Of a DNA stretch of 64,000 bases, positions 52,471 to 64,000 are shown in pieces. Numbering within the stretch: the first letter of the stretch is position 1; each line of letters opens with the position of its first letter. The notes beneath the pieces were generated by a model. The model made no database searches. It saw nothing but the letters and a program-made list of their open reading frames with translations, and was not told the DNA's origin. The DNA is from Rhizophagus irregularis (Eukaryota). Location of the stretch: NCBI RefSeq assembly GCF_026210795.1, contig NC_089435.1, positions 1,240,001-1,304,000 of the forward strand, read 5' to 3'. The position numbers and the translations under genes were made by a program.

Positions 52471-53815
52471 CTAGTATCGTGCCGTTGTTTCGCATCGGGA
52501 CTAATGTTTTTAATCAATATTATATATGATAAATTATAAGCATTGGTATGAATAAAACAATCTATAGATTCATTATTTTAGTGAAAAATAAATAGTGACT
52601 AGTACTATTTGTTGAAATAGTTTTTTTTTATTTTTATTCAAATTTAAAAAAATGATTTTTTTTTATCTTTTTTATATTGATCGCTTTATCGTAGTACAAC
52701 TTGTACATTTATAAAGGCAACAGCCAGTTGATTGATCCATGTAGTATTTACAGTAAACTGATAATAATGTATGTATAGTTACTTTTATTAGCTAAATATA
52801 CTGTATAAGGTTTAATTCATAACTTATAGAATGTCAGATAGATTAAGGGATAATAAAAATGATTAATTTGTTATTAATGGTTTGGAACATTATTCCAGTT
52901 GGTTCGATTCCAATAAACAACTATTAAAACTAAAATAAATAGAAATATTAGTATATGATGTTTTTCAAGCAAATATCAAAAGAAAATTTGCATATACATA
53001 ATACACTTACCATGCATTATGGAAGAATTCAAAGAAGCTGAAATCTACAAAAGTCAAAAAAAAGAAACGTTAGTACGTTTCTTCAATATTAAAAAAAATT
53101 CCTCCTTACATTATCCATATCCAGAGTCCAGGTTCTTCTCGTTTCCAAGAGTCTGGCACCCTAAAAATTGTTTCACAACGTTTAAAATGGAATCTTACGA
53201 AACTTTGAGAATCTAGAAAAAAAGATAAAGTGAAACGTTTAGTAATGATTCTCTTGTTTCGTAACGGTTGCGAAGCTTACCATTTCTAAAAGTCCCCATC
53301 CGGAAAGTCAAAAATGTTAAAAAAATTTTAAAATAATGTTTCGAAATAACTTTAATTTCGAAACATACTTCACACCCTTCTTTACATCTTTCCGCAAGTG
53401 TCAGCATAAAATATGTTCAATTAACTAATTCCTGGCGAGGTCGTTTATTGAGTGTAGATTTATACGTCACTATTGCAAATGTCGAATACAAACATAAATG
53501 GTAAAAGAATGGAAAAAACAATTAAGATAAAAAGTTTTGCTTAAAAAAAAAAGCCAAACCGAAAAAGAAAAGGGAAAAAATTTTTTTTTGGTTTGGAAAA
53601 AAGAGCCAAGCCGGAAAAAGAAATGTGAAAAAAAGTATTTCTTTCAAAAAAAAGGGCTGAAAAGAAAAAAAAACTCCCGAAAAATGAAAAAAAAAGGTTC
53701 AAAAAAAAATTTCTCAAAAAAAAAGAAAGAAATTTATTTTCGAAAAGAAACAAAAAAAAAAATTCAAAAGAACTATTTATTATATGTTATAACTTATAAG
53801 TGATGGCGGTAGGGA
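52471..53815 (-). mobile_element. Putative non-autonomous Helitron
   Basis: Minus strand begins A|TCCCTACC at 53815 and ends with an imperfect GC hairpin CCCGATGCGAAACAACGG followed by ..ACTAG|T at 52471; no TSD. Confidence 0.4.
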
Positions 53816-54419
53816 TGAATTTTTAATTTCTTTATTATATAAATTTTCATTGTCTCGAGTGAAATACAGTATATCATAATAAACAATCGATTTCAGCAAA
53901 TTTCCTTACTTTTCTTTAATTAGAAATTGTTGCTCTTTGAAACTGGCAAATTCTGACATTCTAACGTTAGCGAAGAATTTTTATTAAATTTTCAGAGAAA
54001 AAATTTTGTAAATAAATAAAAGGTCGAGGAAAAAAGAAGTCATTATTTTTAAATGTTTCAAATTCATTTCGTGCCGTACTTTTAGTTGAACCGATAATTA
54101 ATTCTGTTTGCAATAATTGGTAACATTTTTTCAGGTTAAAGAATGTAGAGACTAGAGATATGTGCCATATTCTAGATAAATTCATCTAAAATTTATTAAA
54201 CTTTAAAATAATTTTTAAATAAATATTTTTAATAATTTTGCTAAGACTATTTTGTGTTAAATAATTTTTTTTCTCGTGGTTATTTGAAATTAATACTCGC
54301 ACTAAAACCAAAGTCTTACATATATAAATCATAGATTTTCTAATTTGGATAACTTTCACCTACTTATCTAATTTTCCGTAATTAAATTACGATTTACTAT
54401 TCAATTATTTTAAAATCCC

Positions 54420-55895
54420 CTAATCATCATATAACGTATAGAATTTACTTTGAATCCATTCAAAATCTTCAAATCCAAAATTATTAGTGTTATAATTTTT
54501 GATTACTCCCTTTGTTTTATATTTTTGTAAAAGATCTTTTAATTTTAGCAGATGTTGCTTCTGCTCCACGTTTAACATAGATCCCGATGAAAAGAATTGT
54601 AATAACATAGAACGTTTATCTTTCCAATTGTCAAGAAATAAACTTAAAGATTCTAAATCAATTTTCAAATAAGAATTAATAGTAGAATCTATAAATTTAA
54701 ATTTAAATAAACTAATTGGTGTAGACCTCGTCAATATTTCAAATAAAAGTTTCCAATTAATTTGATTCTCGTGTGTACCGATAATTACTAATCCATTTAA
54801 AATTCGACAATTAATTAATAAATTTTCAAATTCTGAAATATTCTCACTAAACAATGATAATTTAAGATAATTTAGGTTTGGACAATTTTGATAAATTGCA
54901 TGGATAAGTCTTCCTTCATCATAACTTCGATCATAGATAATACTTATTTCAATAAGATTTCCTTTTGTATTTTCAATTAAATTTGCCAAAATTTTAGATG
55001 GGACGTAATGAGCTTTTAGATATTTTAAAAGAGGTAAAGATATCTTTTCCAAATTATTCCAATTTTTGTGGCGAAAAGCGTGTATTTCTAAACTTATTAA
55101 ATTTACAAGATATGAAAATAATTTTGTGACAGGTTTCCAATCTATTCTCAAATATTGAATAGTATCGGCACATTTAATTAGTGCCTCTTCAAGTGGTCTA
55201 ACGATTAATTCCTTATGAATAATCGGAGATCTATCGTTGAATTTAACTTCTTTTAAGTTTTTTTGACCTTCAATTAATTTAATGATACCAAAATTATGAG
55301 TATTATTATATAAAATATCAAAATTCAATTTTTTAATTGATGTATTTAATATAGCCAACCCTTCTGCTAAGATGCTGTTGTCTTGAGTAGAAGTACAATG
55401 AAGGCATCCAAGTTCTGAGAAACAAAGTTCAGTACCTAGGAACGAGGAAGAAAAAGAAAAATCATCACGAAGAAAATAAAATTTTGTATTCCTATTAAAT
55501 ACATTCATGATTACTAATCTTATAATAGGAATTTTGGGATTAATAATATTTGTATCTGTTAAAAAAGTTCTTATCATTCTTTCTAATATATCTAAATTTA
55601 AATATCTCCAAAAACTAATATAATTTAATAAAGGTTGTTGATATGTATTTGTAAGTTCAATTCCTTGATTCCTTAAATTATCTCTTGATTCTTCTGATAA
55701 ATATGAAAATATTACATTAGTTATAACGTTAAGTGCTTTGTCTTTTAGTTGAAATCGAAAAGGATTCTTCCATAAAATTGGTACAGTCGTTTCATACCAA
55801 GTCCTGTTAACTAAAAGACATGGATAAAGTGTATTATTTTTATCATACAATTCTTTTAATATTAGGAATATCACATCTTTGTTAAGTTTCGACAT
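54420..55895 (-). CDS. F-box / RNI-like LRR protein (491 aa)
   Basis: MSKLNKDVIFLILKEL..CLLVNRTWYETTVPILWKNP; IYQNCPNLNYL; intact ORF. Confidence 0.9.
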   Translation of the reverse strand: MSKLNKDVIFLILKELYDKNNTLYPCLLVNRTWYETTVPILWKNPFRFQLKDKALNVITNVIFSYLSEESRDNLRNQGIELTNTYQQPLLNYISFWRYLNLDILERMIRTFLTDTNIINPKIPIIRLVIMNVFNRNTKFYFLRDDFSFSSSFLGTELCFSELGCLHCTSTQDNSILAEGLAILNTSIKKLNFDILYNNTHNFGIIKLIEGQKNLKEVKFNDRSPIIHKELIVRPLEEALIKCADTIQYLRIDWKPVTKLFSYLVNLISLEIHAFRHKNWNNLEKISLPLLKYLKAHYVPSKILANLIENTKGNLIEISIIYDRSYDEGRLIHAIYQNCPNLNYLKLSLFSENISEFENLLINCRILNGLVIIGTHENQINWKLLFEILTRSTPISLFKFKFIDSTINSYLKIDLESLSLFLDNWKDKRSMLLQFFSSGSMLNVEQKQHLLKLKDLLQKYKTKGVIKNYNTNNFGFEDFEWIQSKFYTLYDD

Positions 55896-56497
55896 TTTTT
55901 TAAAAGGAAGAAATTTTGTCCTTTATTACCCTTTATTTAATTTATATATGGCGTAAAGAAGTGTAACAAATAAAATGTGCGCAGTGTGAAAATCATTCGA
56001 ATTTCGGGTCACTTCCATATTGATTTATTCGGTCATACACTGATCATACGCAAAGGTCCGATTGATCAACATCTGGAATTTTTTGATTTGTAATCATCCG
56101 GACCCATGTCTTCTGCCATCATAACATGGAATCCGAGCTAATTTCACATCGGATCCAATGGGAACCTGGGGCGAAAATTAGTATAACCACGCAAATGTTT
56201 GTTATTCCCCGAACTACTTTCTTCCTTCAGACCTGCACTTCCTTTTTTTGAATAATGTTCTCACTCGATAGTGTGTTACATAAATCAATTGCACTCAGAG
56301 AATTTTTTTTTTTTTTTTAAGAAAAAATTAAAAATTTTAATAAAATAACTGTATTTCATATCCAACTAAAGAATTTTAACCACCGGTAGACGTATCTCTC
56401 AGTAAACAAAACGTATCTTTCAGTATAAAAAACGTATCTATTTTTTTTATAGGGAATACTATAATCGTAACTCGCTTCGCTCGCAGGGTTTTCCCAG

Positions 56498-56660
56498 TCA
56501 ATTTTCAGGAGCAATATATGATAAAATACTATATGTATTATTTTTTGTATTTTCTGATGCTTTATAATCAGCAGGTTTACATAATCCCATATCAGTTATA
56601 CAAGTGAGATCTTTGAACCTACCAATATGTAAAACTCGATGAATTAATTCACTAAAATAT
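56498..56660 (-). pseudogene. Short kinase activation-segment fragment
   Basis: ELIHRVLHIG..CITDMGLCKPADY..ILSYIAPE; similar to the fragment at ~39420-39555. Confidence 0.6.
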
Positions 56661-58597
56661 AATTTATTACGATTTTTATTTAAGTAATTTGGCAAGTCTC
56701 CGTTCTCTGCAACCCTATAAAATAAAAATTTTTCAGAAAAATGATCACATGTCTTAGTTATTCTTCGGAATAAAAATTAGAAAAATGATCATTTATCGAA
56801 GGTTTTTCCAGAATTTTTTTTATAGGGCAAAAATCTAAAGCCATAATAGCCATAATATAATTCTCTGTTTATAGATCTTGAGTTATTCCATACTATATCT
56901 ACTCGATCGAATAAAAAAGTGTAAAAAATGTGCATAAATTTCTATTTATTATTTTACAGATCTATCAAGCAACATCTGGCATATTAAATAGTGCAAAAAG
57001 GAACTTTACTTTTCTGTTAAAAAAAATTTAGTTTTTACCTTTTATTAAAATTCATTAATTATTCTCAAACATATTATAAGAATATTTTCCAAAAAATTAA
57101 AATGTATTATAAACTTTACTAATTTTGAAAATCGTATATTACGTATATTACTTCAATTTGATATTTTTTAAGTCATGAATTATGATAAACAAATTGCTAC
57201 CATTATGATAACTTTGTATAAATTACCAAGCAAGAATTAGTAAATTAGTAAAATTACCGGCAACTATATCAATGAAATTTTAAAGGCTTGCAACGTGCCG
57301 GGTCAGAACTGGCCGATGCAAACCAATAATAAAAAGAACAATATTAAAAATATTAATTAAAAAAATTATTAATTTAAATTTTTTTGGTTGGATTAAATCA
57401 TATTTATTATTTTAACTAAAAAAACCAAATAAAATATAATTATTACTCGAATAAAAAAATATTTCGATTATATTGCTAACTGAAAAATACAAACCTATAG
57501 GATGAAAGAATGAAAAAAAACATTAGAGGAAAAAGAAAATATTAGTAAAACAAAATAATCGCAAAAAAAAAAATTTCGGAAATAAGGTGCCTTACCATGG
57601 CACCGCAGCATCGATCCAAACTTAAATGGTAAAAGAAAAAAATGTTTCGGTTTAAACCGAAAAAGAGAATTGAAAATTTTTTTTTGGGGGGTTTGGAAAA
57701 AGAACCAAGCCGGAAAAAGAAAAGTGAAAAAAAATCCGAAAAATGAAAAAAAGCTCAAAAAATCCGAAATCAAAAAAAAAAAACTTTGAAAAAATACCAA
57801 AAAGGAAAATTAAAAAATATTCTGTGGCGGTCATGTGGCCGATTGCAACACCATTATATGGTATAATTGATGGCGGTAGTGATTTTTAATTACGTTATTA
57901 TATAATTTTCATTATCTCGAGTGAAATCTATCATACTAATAAATAATTGATTGCAGAAAATTTCCTTACTTTTCTTTAATTAAAAATTGCTGCTCTTGAA
58001 ACTGGTAAATTCTGACATTCCAACATTAACGAAGAATTTTTATTATATTTTCAGAGATAAAATTTTGTAAATAAATAAAAGGTCGTACTTTTAATTGAAC
58101 CTCTGTTGAACCGATAAATCAATTCTGTTTGTAATAATTAGTGACATTTTTCAGGATAAAGAATTTAAAGATATGTTTATTATTATCCACCATATTCTAG
58201 ATAAATTTATCTAAAATTATTTTAAAGTTTAATAAGATTCTTTTGAGTTAAATAATTTTTTTCTCGTGGTGGTTTGAAATTTTTTTTTTTAGAAAAAATA
58301 TTAATACTCGAAAGTCCTATATATATATATAAATCATAGATTTTCTAATTTAGATAACTTTCACCTACTTATTAGACAATAGACATTAAAATTCCTACTG
58401 CTAATAAAAAAACGATCGTGAATACTGCGCCTCATCCCAGCGACAATTTTGACAAAAATATTAATTTAAATACCGATCTTTCATAATTAGATAAAACTTT
58501 AGTTATTTTACAAACTAATATTCTAAATAAATTTTCTAATTTTCCGTAATTAAATTGCGATTTTCTATCAATTATTTTAAAATTCCCTAATCTTCCT

Positions 58598-60070
58598 TTA
58601 ATCATATAACGTACAGAATTTACTTTGAATCCATTCAAAATCTTCAAATACATACCTATTAGTGCAATAATTTTTGATTACTCCTTTTGTTTTATATTTT
58701 TGTAAAAGATCTTCTAATTTTAGCTGATGTTGTTGTATCTGCTCCACTTTTATTAGTGAAAAGATTTGCAATAACATAGAACTTCTATCTTTCCAATTGT
58801 CAAGAAATAAACTTAAAGATTCTAAATCAATTTTCAAATAAGAATTAATAGTAGAATATATAAATTTAAATTTAAATAAACCAATTGGTGTGGACCTCGT
58901 CAATATTTCATATAAGATTTTCCAATTAATTTGATTCTCATGTATACAGAAAATTTCCAATCCATTTAAAATTTGACAATTAATTAATAAATTTTCAAAT
59001 TCTGAAAAATTCTTATTAAATAATGAGAATTTAAGATAATTTAGGTTTGGACAATTTTGATAAATTGCATGGATAAGCCTTCCTTCATCATCACCACTTT
59101 TATCATAGATAATACTTATTTCAATAAGATTTCCTATTGTATTTTCAATTATACTTGCCAAAATTTTAGATGACACGTAATAAGCTTTTAGGTATTTTAA
59201 AAGAGGTAAAGATATATTTTCCAAATGATTCCAATTATTGTGGAGATAACCGTGTATTTCTAAACTTATTAAATTTACAAGATATGAAAATAAATTTGTG
59301 ACAGGTTTCCAGTCTATTTTCAAATATTGAATAGTATCGGCACACTTAATTAGTAACTCTTCAAGTGGTCCGATAATTGATTCCTTAAAAGTAACCAGAT
59401 ATTTATTGTTGAATTTAACTTCTTTTAAGTTTTTTTGACCTTCAATTAATTTAATGATACCAAAATTATGAGTGTTATTATATACAATATCAAAACTCAA
59501 TTTTTTAATTGATGTATTTAATATAGCCAATCCTTCTGCTAAGATGCTGTTGTCTTGAGTAGAATTACAATGAAGGCATCCAAGTTCTGAGAAATAAAGT
59601 TCAGTACCCGAAGTAAAGTTATAGTAAGAAAAGTTGCAAAGAAAATAAAATTTTGTATTCCTATTAAATATATTCATGATTTCTAATCCTATAATAGAAA
59701 TTTTGGATTGATTAATATTTGTATCAGTTACAAAAGTTTCTATCATTTTATCTAATACAGCTAAATCTAAATATTTCCAAAAACTAATATAATTTAATAA
59801 AGGTTGTTGATGTTGATATGTATTTATAAGTTCAATTCCTTGATTCCTCAAATTAACTCTTGATTCTTCTGATAAATATGAAAGTATTACATTAATTATA
59901 ATGATATGTGCTTTTTCTTTTAAGTGAAATCGAAAAGGATTCTTCCATAAAATTGGTACAGTCATTTCATACCAAGTCCTGTCAACTAAAAGACATGAAT
60001 AAAGTGTATTTCCCCTATCATATAATTCTTTTAATATTAGGGATATTACATCTTTGTTAAGTTTCGACAT
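58598..60070 (-). CDS. F-box / RNI-like LRR protein (490 aa), tandem paralogue
   Basis: Highly similar to 54420-55895 throughout; intact ORF. Confidence 0.9.
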   Translation of the reverse strand: MSKLNKDVISLILKELYDRGNTLYSCLLVDRTWYEMTVPILWKNPFRFHLKEKAHIIIINVILSYLSEESRVNLRNQGIELINTYQHQQPLLNYISFWKYLDLAVLDKMIETFVTDTNINQSKISIIGLEIMNIFNRNTKFYFLCNFSYYNFTSGTELYFSELGCLHCNSTQDNSILAEGLAILNTSIKKLSFDIVYNNTHNFGIIKLIEGQKNLKEVKFNNKYLVTFKESIIGPLEELLIKCADTIQYLKIDWKPVTNLFSYLVNLISLEIHGYLHNNWNHLENISLPLLKYLKAYYVSSKILASIIENTIGNLIEISIIYDKSGDDEGRLIHAIYQNCPNLNYLKFSLFNKNFSEFENLLINCQILNGLEIFCIHENQINWKILYEILTRSTPIGLFKFKFIYSTINSYLKIDLESLSLFLDNWKDRSSMLLQIFSLIKVEQIQQHQLKLEDLLQKYKTKGVIKNYCTNRYVFEDFEWIQSKFCTLYD

Positions 60071-60167
60071 TTTTTAATTTTTTAAAAGGAAGAAAATTTG
60101 TTCTTTATTACCCATTTATTTAATTTATATATATCAGATATGGCGTAAATGAGTGTAACAAATAAAT

Positions 60168-61295
60168 GACGGAATAGTGGGGGACTCTTTCTGCTGATCA
60201 TTACGACCATTTTTCACACGACTTCATAAAATCAAAAATTTCATTTTTCTCGTTATTCCAACTAATAAACTCTCATTTTTTCTTCATGAAATGGATTCTA
60301 AAACGAAAAATACCCTTAATACTGTCCTTTTTAATGAGTTTTAAGTGTTTTAGTAGAGGGTTTACCAACTGCCGAATTTTTCTAAAGCTTCGTAACGTTA
60401 AGTTTTGGCTCCTAATAACTTGTTGTTTCGGAGAGTTTTGCATAAGGAAAACCTTTGGAGCAGTCCCTGGATAATACTGGAGACGGAGTCCCTTTGGAAT
60501 ATTGGTCTTTGGAAGTTGCGGAGTTCTTTTCTTGGAGTTGAAGTGGGTTTTTGGCAGAAGGTCTAGCGGGCGAAGGAAAGTGTTAGTCTTGGGAGGTGGT
60601 TAGCTTTTTCTGGTGGTTGTTTTGGTTTGGTGTTTATTACCCTTTACCCTTTTTTTCTTCTTTTCTTTTTTCCTTTTCTTTTGGTTTCGTTATTGGTTTG
60701 GCGCAGTAGTTTTTTTTTTTAGCGCATATGTTAAATATCCCCTAAAGGTGGTGTAAAAGGAGTGGCCTATCCGCTTTAGGTAAGTGTTTCAAGCAGAGAG
60801 TATCAATCAAAATTAAGGTTACGAAGATGTCGATCAACATTGGGGAGGCCAATCACACCAAGTCGCGTGTATAGTTCGGGCCATGCAAGTCTGCGCACGT
60901 TACATTGGAAGCCGTTGACGTAATTTTGATGGCGGGCGGTGCTCGCATGCGAGAAAGCTAACTAGAGACCGCAGATTTCGCCAAAGGAAGGTTTTACTTT
61001 GGTTTACCAGGGTATAGTACGGAGGGTATCAATCTGTCTTTAGTTAGATAACAATCTTAGATAAATTTCATTTAGGGTTTTTTTAGCGATCTTGCTTTTC
61101 CCTTTTTGTTTTCTAAGTAGTAATAATTTATTTTTTTTTGTATATATGTATTTTGTATATAATGGTTCGATTACTCAGTTATAGGGTTTTGAAAATTTAG
61201 TTTTCACTGCTCTAAGTGTTTTTATGTTTGATTATAGATCCTCGGATCATTAGATAATTAATAAAACGCGTTACTGTTTAAAAAAAAAAAAAAAA
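60168..61295 (+). mobile_element. Non-coding poly(A) retroposon (~1.13 kb)
   Basis: 16-bp TSD AGTGTAACAAATAAAT (60152-60167, 61296-61311); AATAAA at ~61260 then a ~16-nt A tail; absent from the paralogous site at ~55960. Confidence 0.88.
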
Positions 61296-61858
61296 AGTGT
61301 AACAAATAAATATGCGCAGTATGAAAATCATAGGGATAGTTAATCGTGATGATTCCATATTTAGAATGAAGATTTTTTCGGTGATCTCATTTTCCTTTTT
61401 GATCTCACCTGATAGTGTGTTACATAAATCAATATCTTTTTTTTAAAAAAAAATTTTAATAAAATATTAACTGTATTTCATATACACCATGACATATTTT
61501 ATGATTTAAAATAAAGAAAATTTTTAATTTTATCTGTGGTAAAATTAACGGTATATCCATTATATATTCATGTGGCTTTGGTTTAATAAACAGGGCGGAC
61601 ATGCTTATTATCAGTTATCACTTTGCCGATCATTTACCGATCATATATATATTGATTATCACGTTTATTTTGAAGCTCCGAGCAAAATCATATTTGCTAG
61701 AAAAATTGTACTAATTGTTTTATTTGGTAGTTTAGGATACCCAAAATATAATATAAAATTATTGTGGCAAAAAAGGATAAAGTTAGCTTTGAGCCGAAAT
61801 TTTTAATAATTATAGTATTAGCCAATCATATGCCGATCATCTGCTAATTTAACATCTA

Positions 61859-62097
61859 GCCTAGCGTTCCCCCAAAAAAAAGCACTGGTCACGTGTCCAA
61901 GTAAAAAATCATCACATCCGTCACACCCCTCAGTGTTTTCATTGTTTATATTTATCTGACTATCTGAGGGACTTAGTTTTTTTCGAGTCGAAAAAACTTA
62001 TTCGTCACACCTTATCTGTCACCGCACTGTTCACGTGACAGTGCATAATTCCGCATAATGCCGGCCACCAGTGCTTTTTTTTGGGGGAACGCTAGGG
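61859..62097. mobile_element. MITE with ~28-bp TIRs, probable TA target
   Basis: CCTAGCGTTCCCCCAAAAAAAAGCACTGG / CCAGTGCTTTTTTTTGGGGGAACGCTAGG, TA just outside both ends. Confidence 0.8.
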
Positions 62098-63179
62098 TAG
62101 TTTATTTTGACTTTGAAGCTTCGGGCGAAGCCACAGATGTTTGGGCGAAACTTGAAACTTTTATAGTATATTATTTAGGTATTTAAAAAATCCATGGCTA
62201 AAATAAACATGAATAATTTTTGATAATCAAGAAGTTATCATTAAATACATGCTTGCAATTATTGTAAGATTAATATAAGGCTAATATTTGGTAAAATCTT
62301 TATTTATATACTATTAATAAATTAATTCATAAAATAGTTCATGAAGTAAATAAAATCAAAATTTTATACATTATTAGTAGAGTTTGTAAAAAAAAAATAA
62401 ACTCAACGGAGATCTCAATTTTTGTGCATAATTGTGGTTTCATAGTTTAAAAAGATAACTGTCAGTTCAGAAGGGGATTATAAGTGCCACATGCGTTAGT
62501 TATGTTTGCATATATAGATTTTTGTTTTGTATGTATTTTGTATTTAGTATCGATACTCTATTGATGTCGTGCTAGAAAGTCCAGTGCTTTGTGCTAGTGC
62601 TTTGTGCATATGGTATGGTTCCACGTTACATGGTTTTTTTTTCACTAATAAAGGAGTAAAAAAAAAGTTAATATTTCGTTGCATAAAAATGAAAAAAAAT
62701 AAAACATTTTCAAAGCTTATACCTTCAAAATGAGTACAGCCTTTGAAATGGGTCTCTTTGACCTACAAAAAAAATGAAAATGTTAGCAAAACGTTTTGTT
62801 AAAAAAAACCCCCTGAAAGAAAAAAATTTGAAGTTTTACCTTCAAAAATGGTAGTCTGCTTCGAAATGAAGTAAAACGGAGTTCTGGATCTAAAAAATAA
62901 AAACAAAAACATTAGCAAACGTTTTGCTAAAAAAATCAAAGAAAAAATTTGAAGATATTATACCTTCGAAGCTGGACCTAAAAAAAGAAACGTTTGTAAA
63001 ACATTTCATTAAAATTTCACCTACCGAATTCTCACGTGCAAAAGAGCCAAAGAAATAACATGGTCTAAGAAAAAGAAATAAAAAGAGAATTTAGTAGTTG
63101 TTTAAAAAATGGAATAAAGAAATTAAAAAGACATGCAAAACTCAGCGAGATACCATGTTTAAAGAGTCAGGGAGCCGCC

Positions 63180-63560
63180 TAAAAAAGAAAAGGAAAGGGG
63201 AAGGGCAAGGGCAAGTGGAGTAAAGGGAAGGACAAAAGAGAGGGAAAGGGGAAGAATGAGAAGTAGGGAAAGGAAAATACAAGGAGGGAAAAGAGGAGGA
63301 ATGAGAAGAGAAGGGGAAAAGAGAAGGAAGAACGAGAAGGAGGAAAGGAGATAATGAGAAGGGGAAGGTGTTATGTAATATAATTAATTTACAGACTGTA
63401 ATTTATTATTAAGAAGGTTTTAAAAGAGTTTTTTGAACGTACTGTAACTCATTGAAGGTATAATTACTATTAAATTTATAATTTATTGAAATTATAAAAG
63501 AAAATGCTGGAAGAACGAGAAGGAGTGAAGGGGAAGAATGAGAGAAGAGGAAAGGGTAAT
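63180..63560. repeat. Purine-rich (GA) low-complexity tract
   Basis: GGGAAAGG / GAATGAGAAG-type units. Confidence 0.7.
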
Positions 63561-64000
63561 ATAACTTAAATTGAATTTAGCTTTAACTTTTGAATATAGT
63601 TTAAAATTTAACTTTCGATTGAAGAAAAAAAAATACAATTTAACATTTGTTCAAAATTATCACAAAAAAAAAAAATTCTTTTGTTTAAGAATATCACTTA
63701 ACCATTCTTAGTAAACTAATATGCAATTATCAAAGGTCGGAGATAAAAATATAAAGCCACACAATATCGATAAATTTCTATATAGATATTTTCAATTAAA
63801 GAAATTAAAGGAAAAAAATCAATATATTTTAATTAAAAAAATTAAATAATAACGTAATTAATACATTTATTACAAAAACAATTCTATTGTTAACTATTTA
63901 TAGTAAACTATTATGCTAATCGTTACGTGTTAAGAAAAATATCAATTAAAATAATACAACGTAATATTATTTAAGAAATTGGTTTGTTACATATAGAATT

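Larger units (their letters stand above)
53500..61490. repeat. Tandem segmental duplication (~53500-56370 and ~57625-61490), each unit carrying an F-box gene
   Basis: Collinear similarity of downstream flank (CTCGAGTGAAAT, AAATTCTGACATT), CDS and upstream region (GATAGTGTGTTACATAAATCAAT, TAACTGTATTTCATAT). Confidence 0.85.

Noticed and set aside
53537..57834. Lys-rich/Phe-rich ORFs (53537, 53541, 57495, 57652; similarly 39619)
   Set aside because: Products of A/T homopolymer-rich low-complexity sequence.
60168..61030. Hammerhead ribozyme or tRNA head in the retroposon; ORF 60286..60474
   Set aside because: No CUGAUGA..GAAA core or clear A/B boxes seen by eye; ORF short with no recognisable motif.
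62690..63060. Degenerate repeats (TTTGAAG..TACCTTC, GTTAGCAAAACGTTTTG) as a micro-exon gene or transposon end
   Set aside because: No consistent reading frame or element boundaries could be established.

Overview
AT-rich, intron-containing eukaryotic DNA. The gene families (tyrosine-kinase-like kinases, kinase-Sel1, BTB-BACK-TLDc, single-exon F-box/LRR, TRP-like channel) point to an arbuscular mycorrhizal fungus such as Rhizophagus (inference). The left ~3.5 kb is one end of a Polinton/Maverick (adintovirus-like) element. It carries an uninterrupted minus-strand ORF (ATG 2520, running off the window edge, absent from the ORF track) for a protein-primed family B DNA polymerase with Zn-finger, OTU-like, exonuclease and endonuclease-VII-like parts. 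Subterminal repeats, a perfect 22-bp hairpin and a candidate terminus at ~3500 follow it. Next come AT-rich minisatellites and a ~3-kb 172-bp satellite with higher-order structure. The rest is a birth-and-death cluster of ubiquitin-adaptor/signalling genes (4 F-box/LRR, 2 BTB-TLDc, RING/U-box-TPR, kinase-Sel1, several kinases, TRP-like channel), many disabled. These are interspersed with hAT, PIF/Harbinger, pogo, Helitron-like and retroposed elements, several with exact target-site duplications, including a hAT element inserted in the TIR of its own sibling and a 1.1-kb poly(A) retroposon whose empty site is visible in paralogues.
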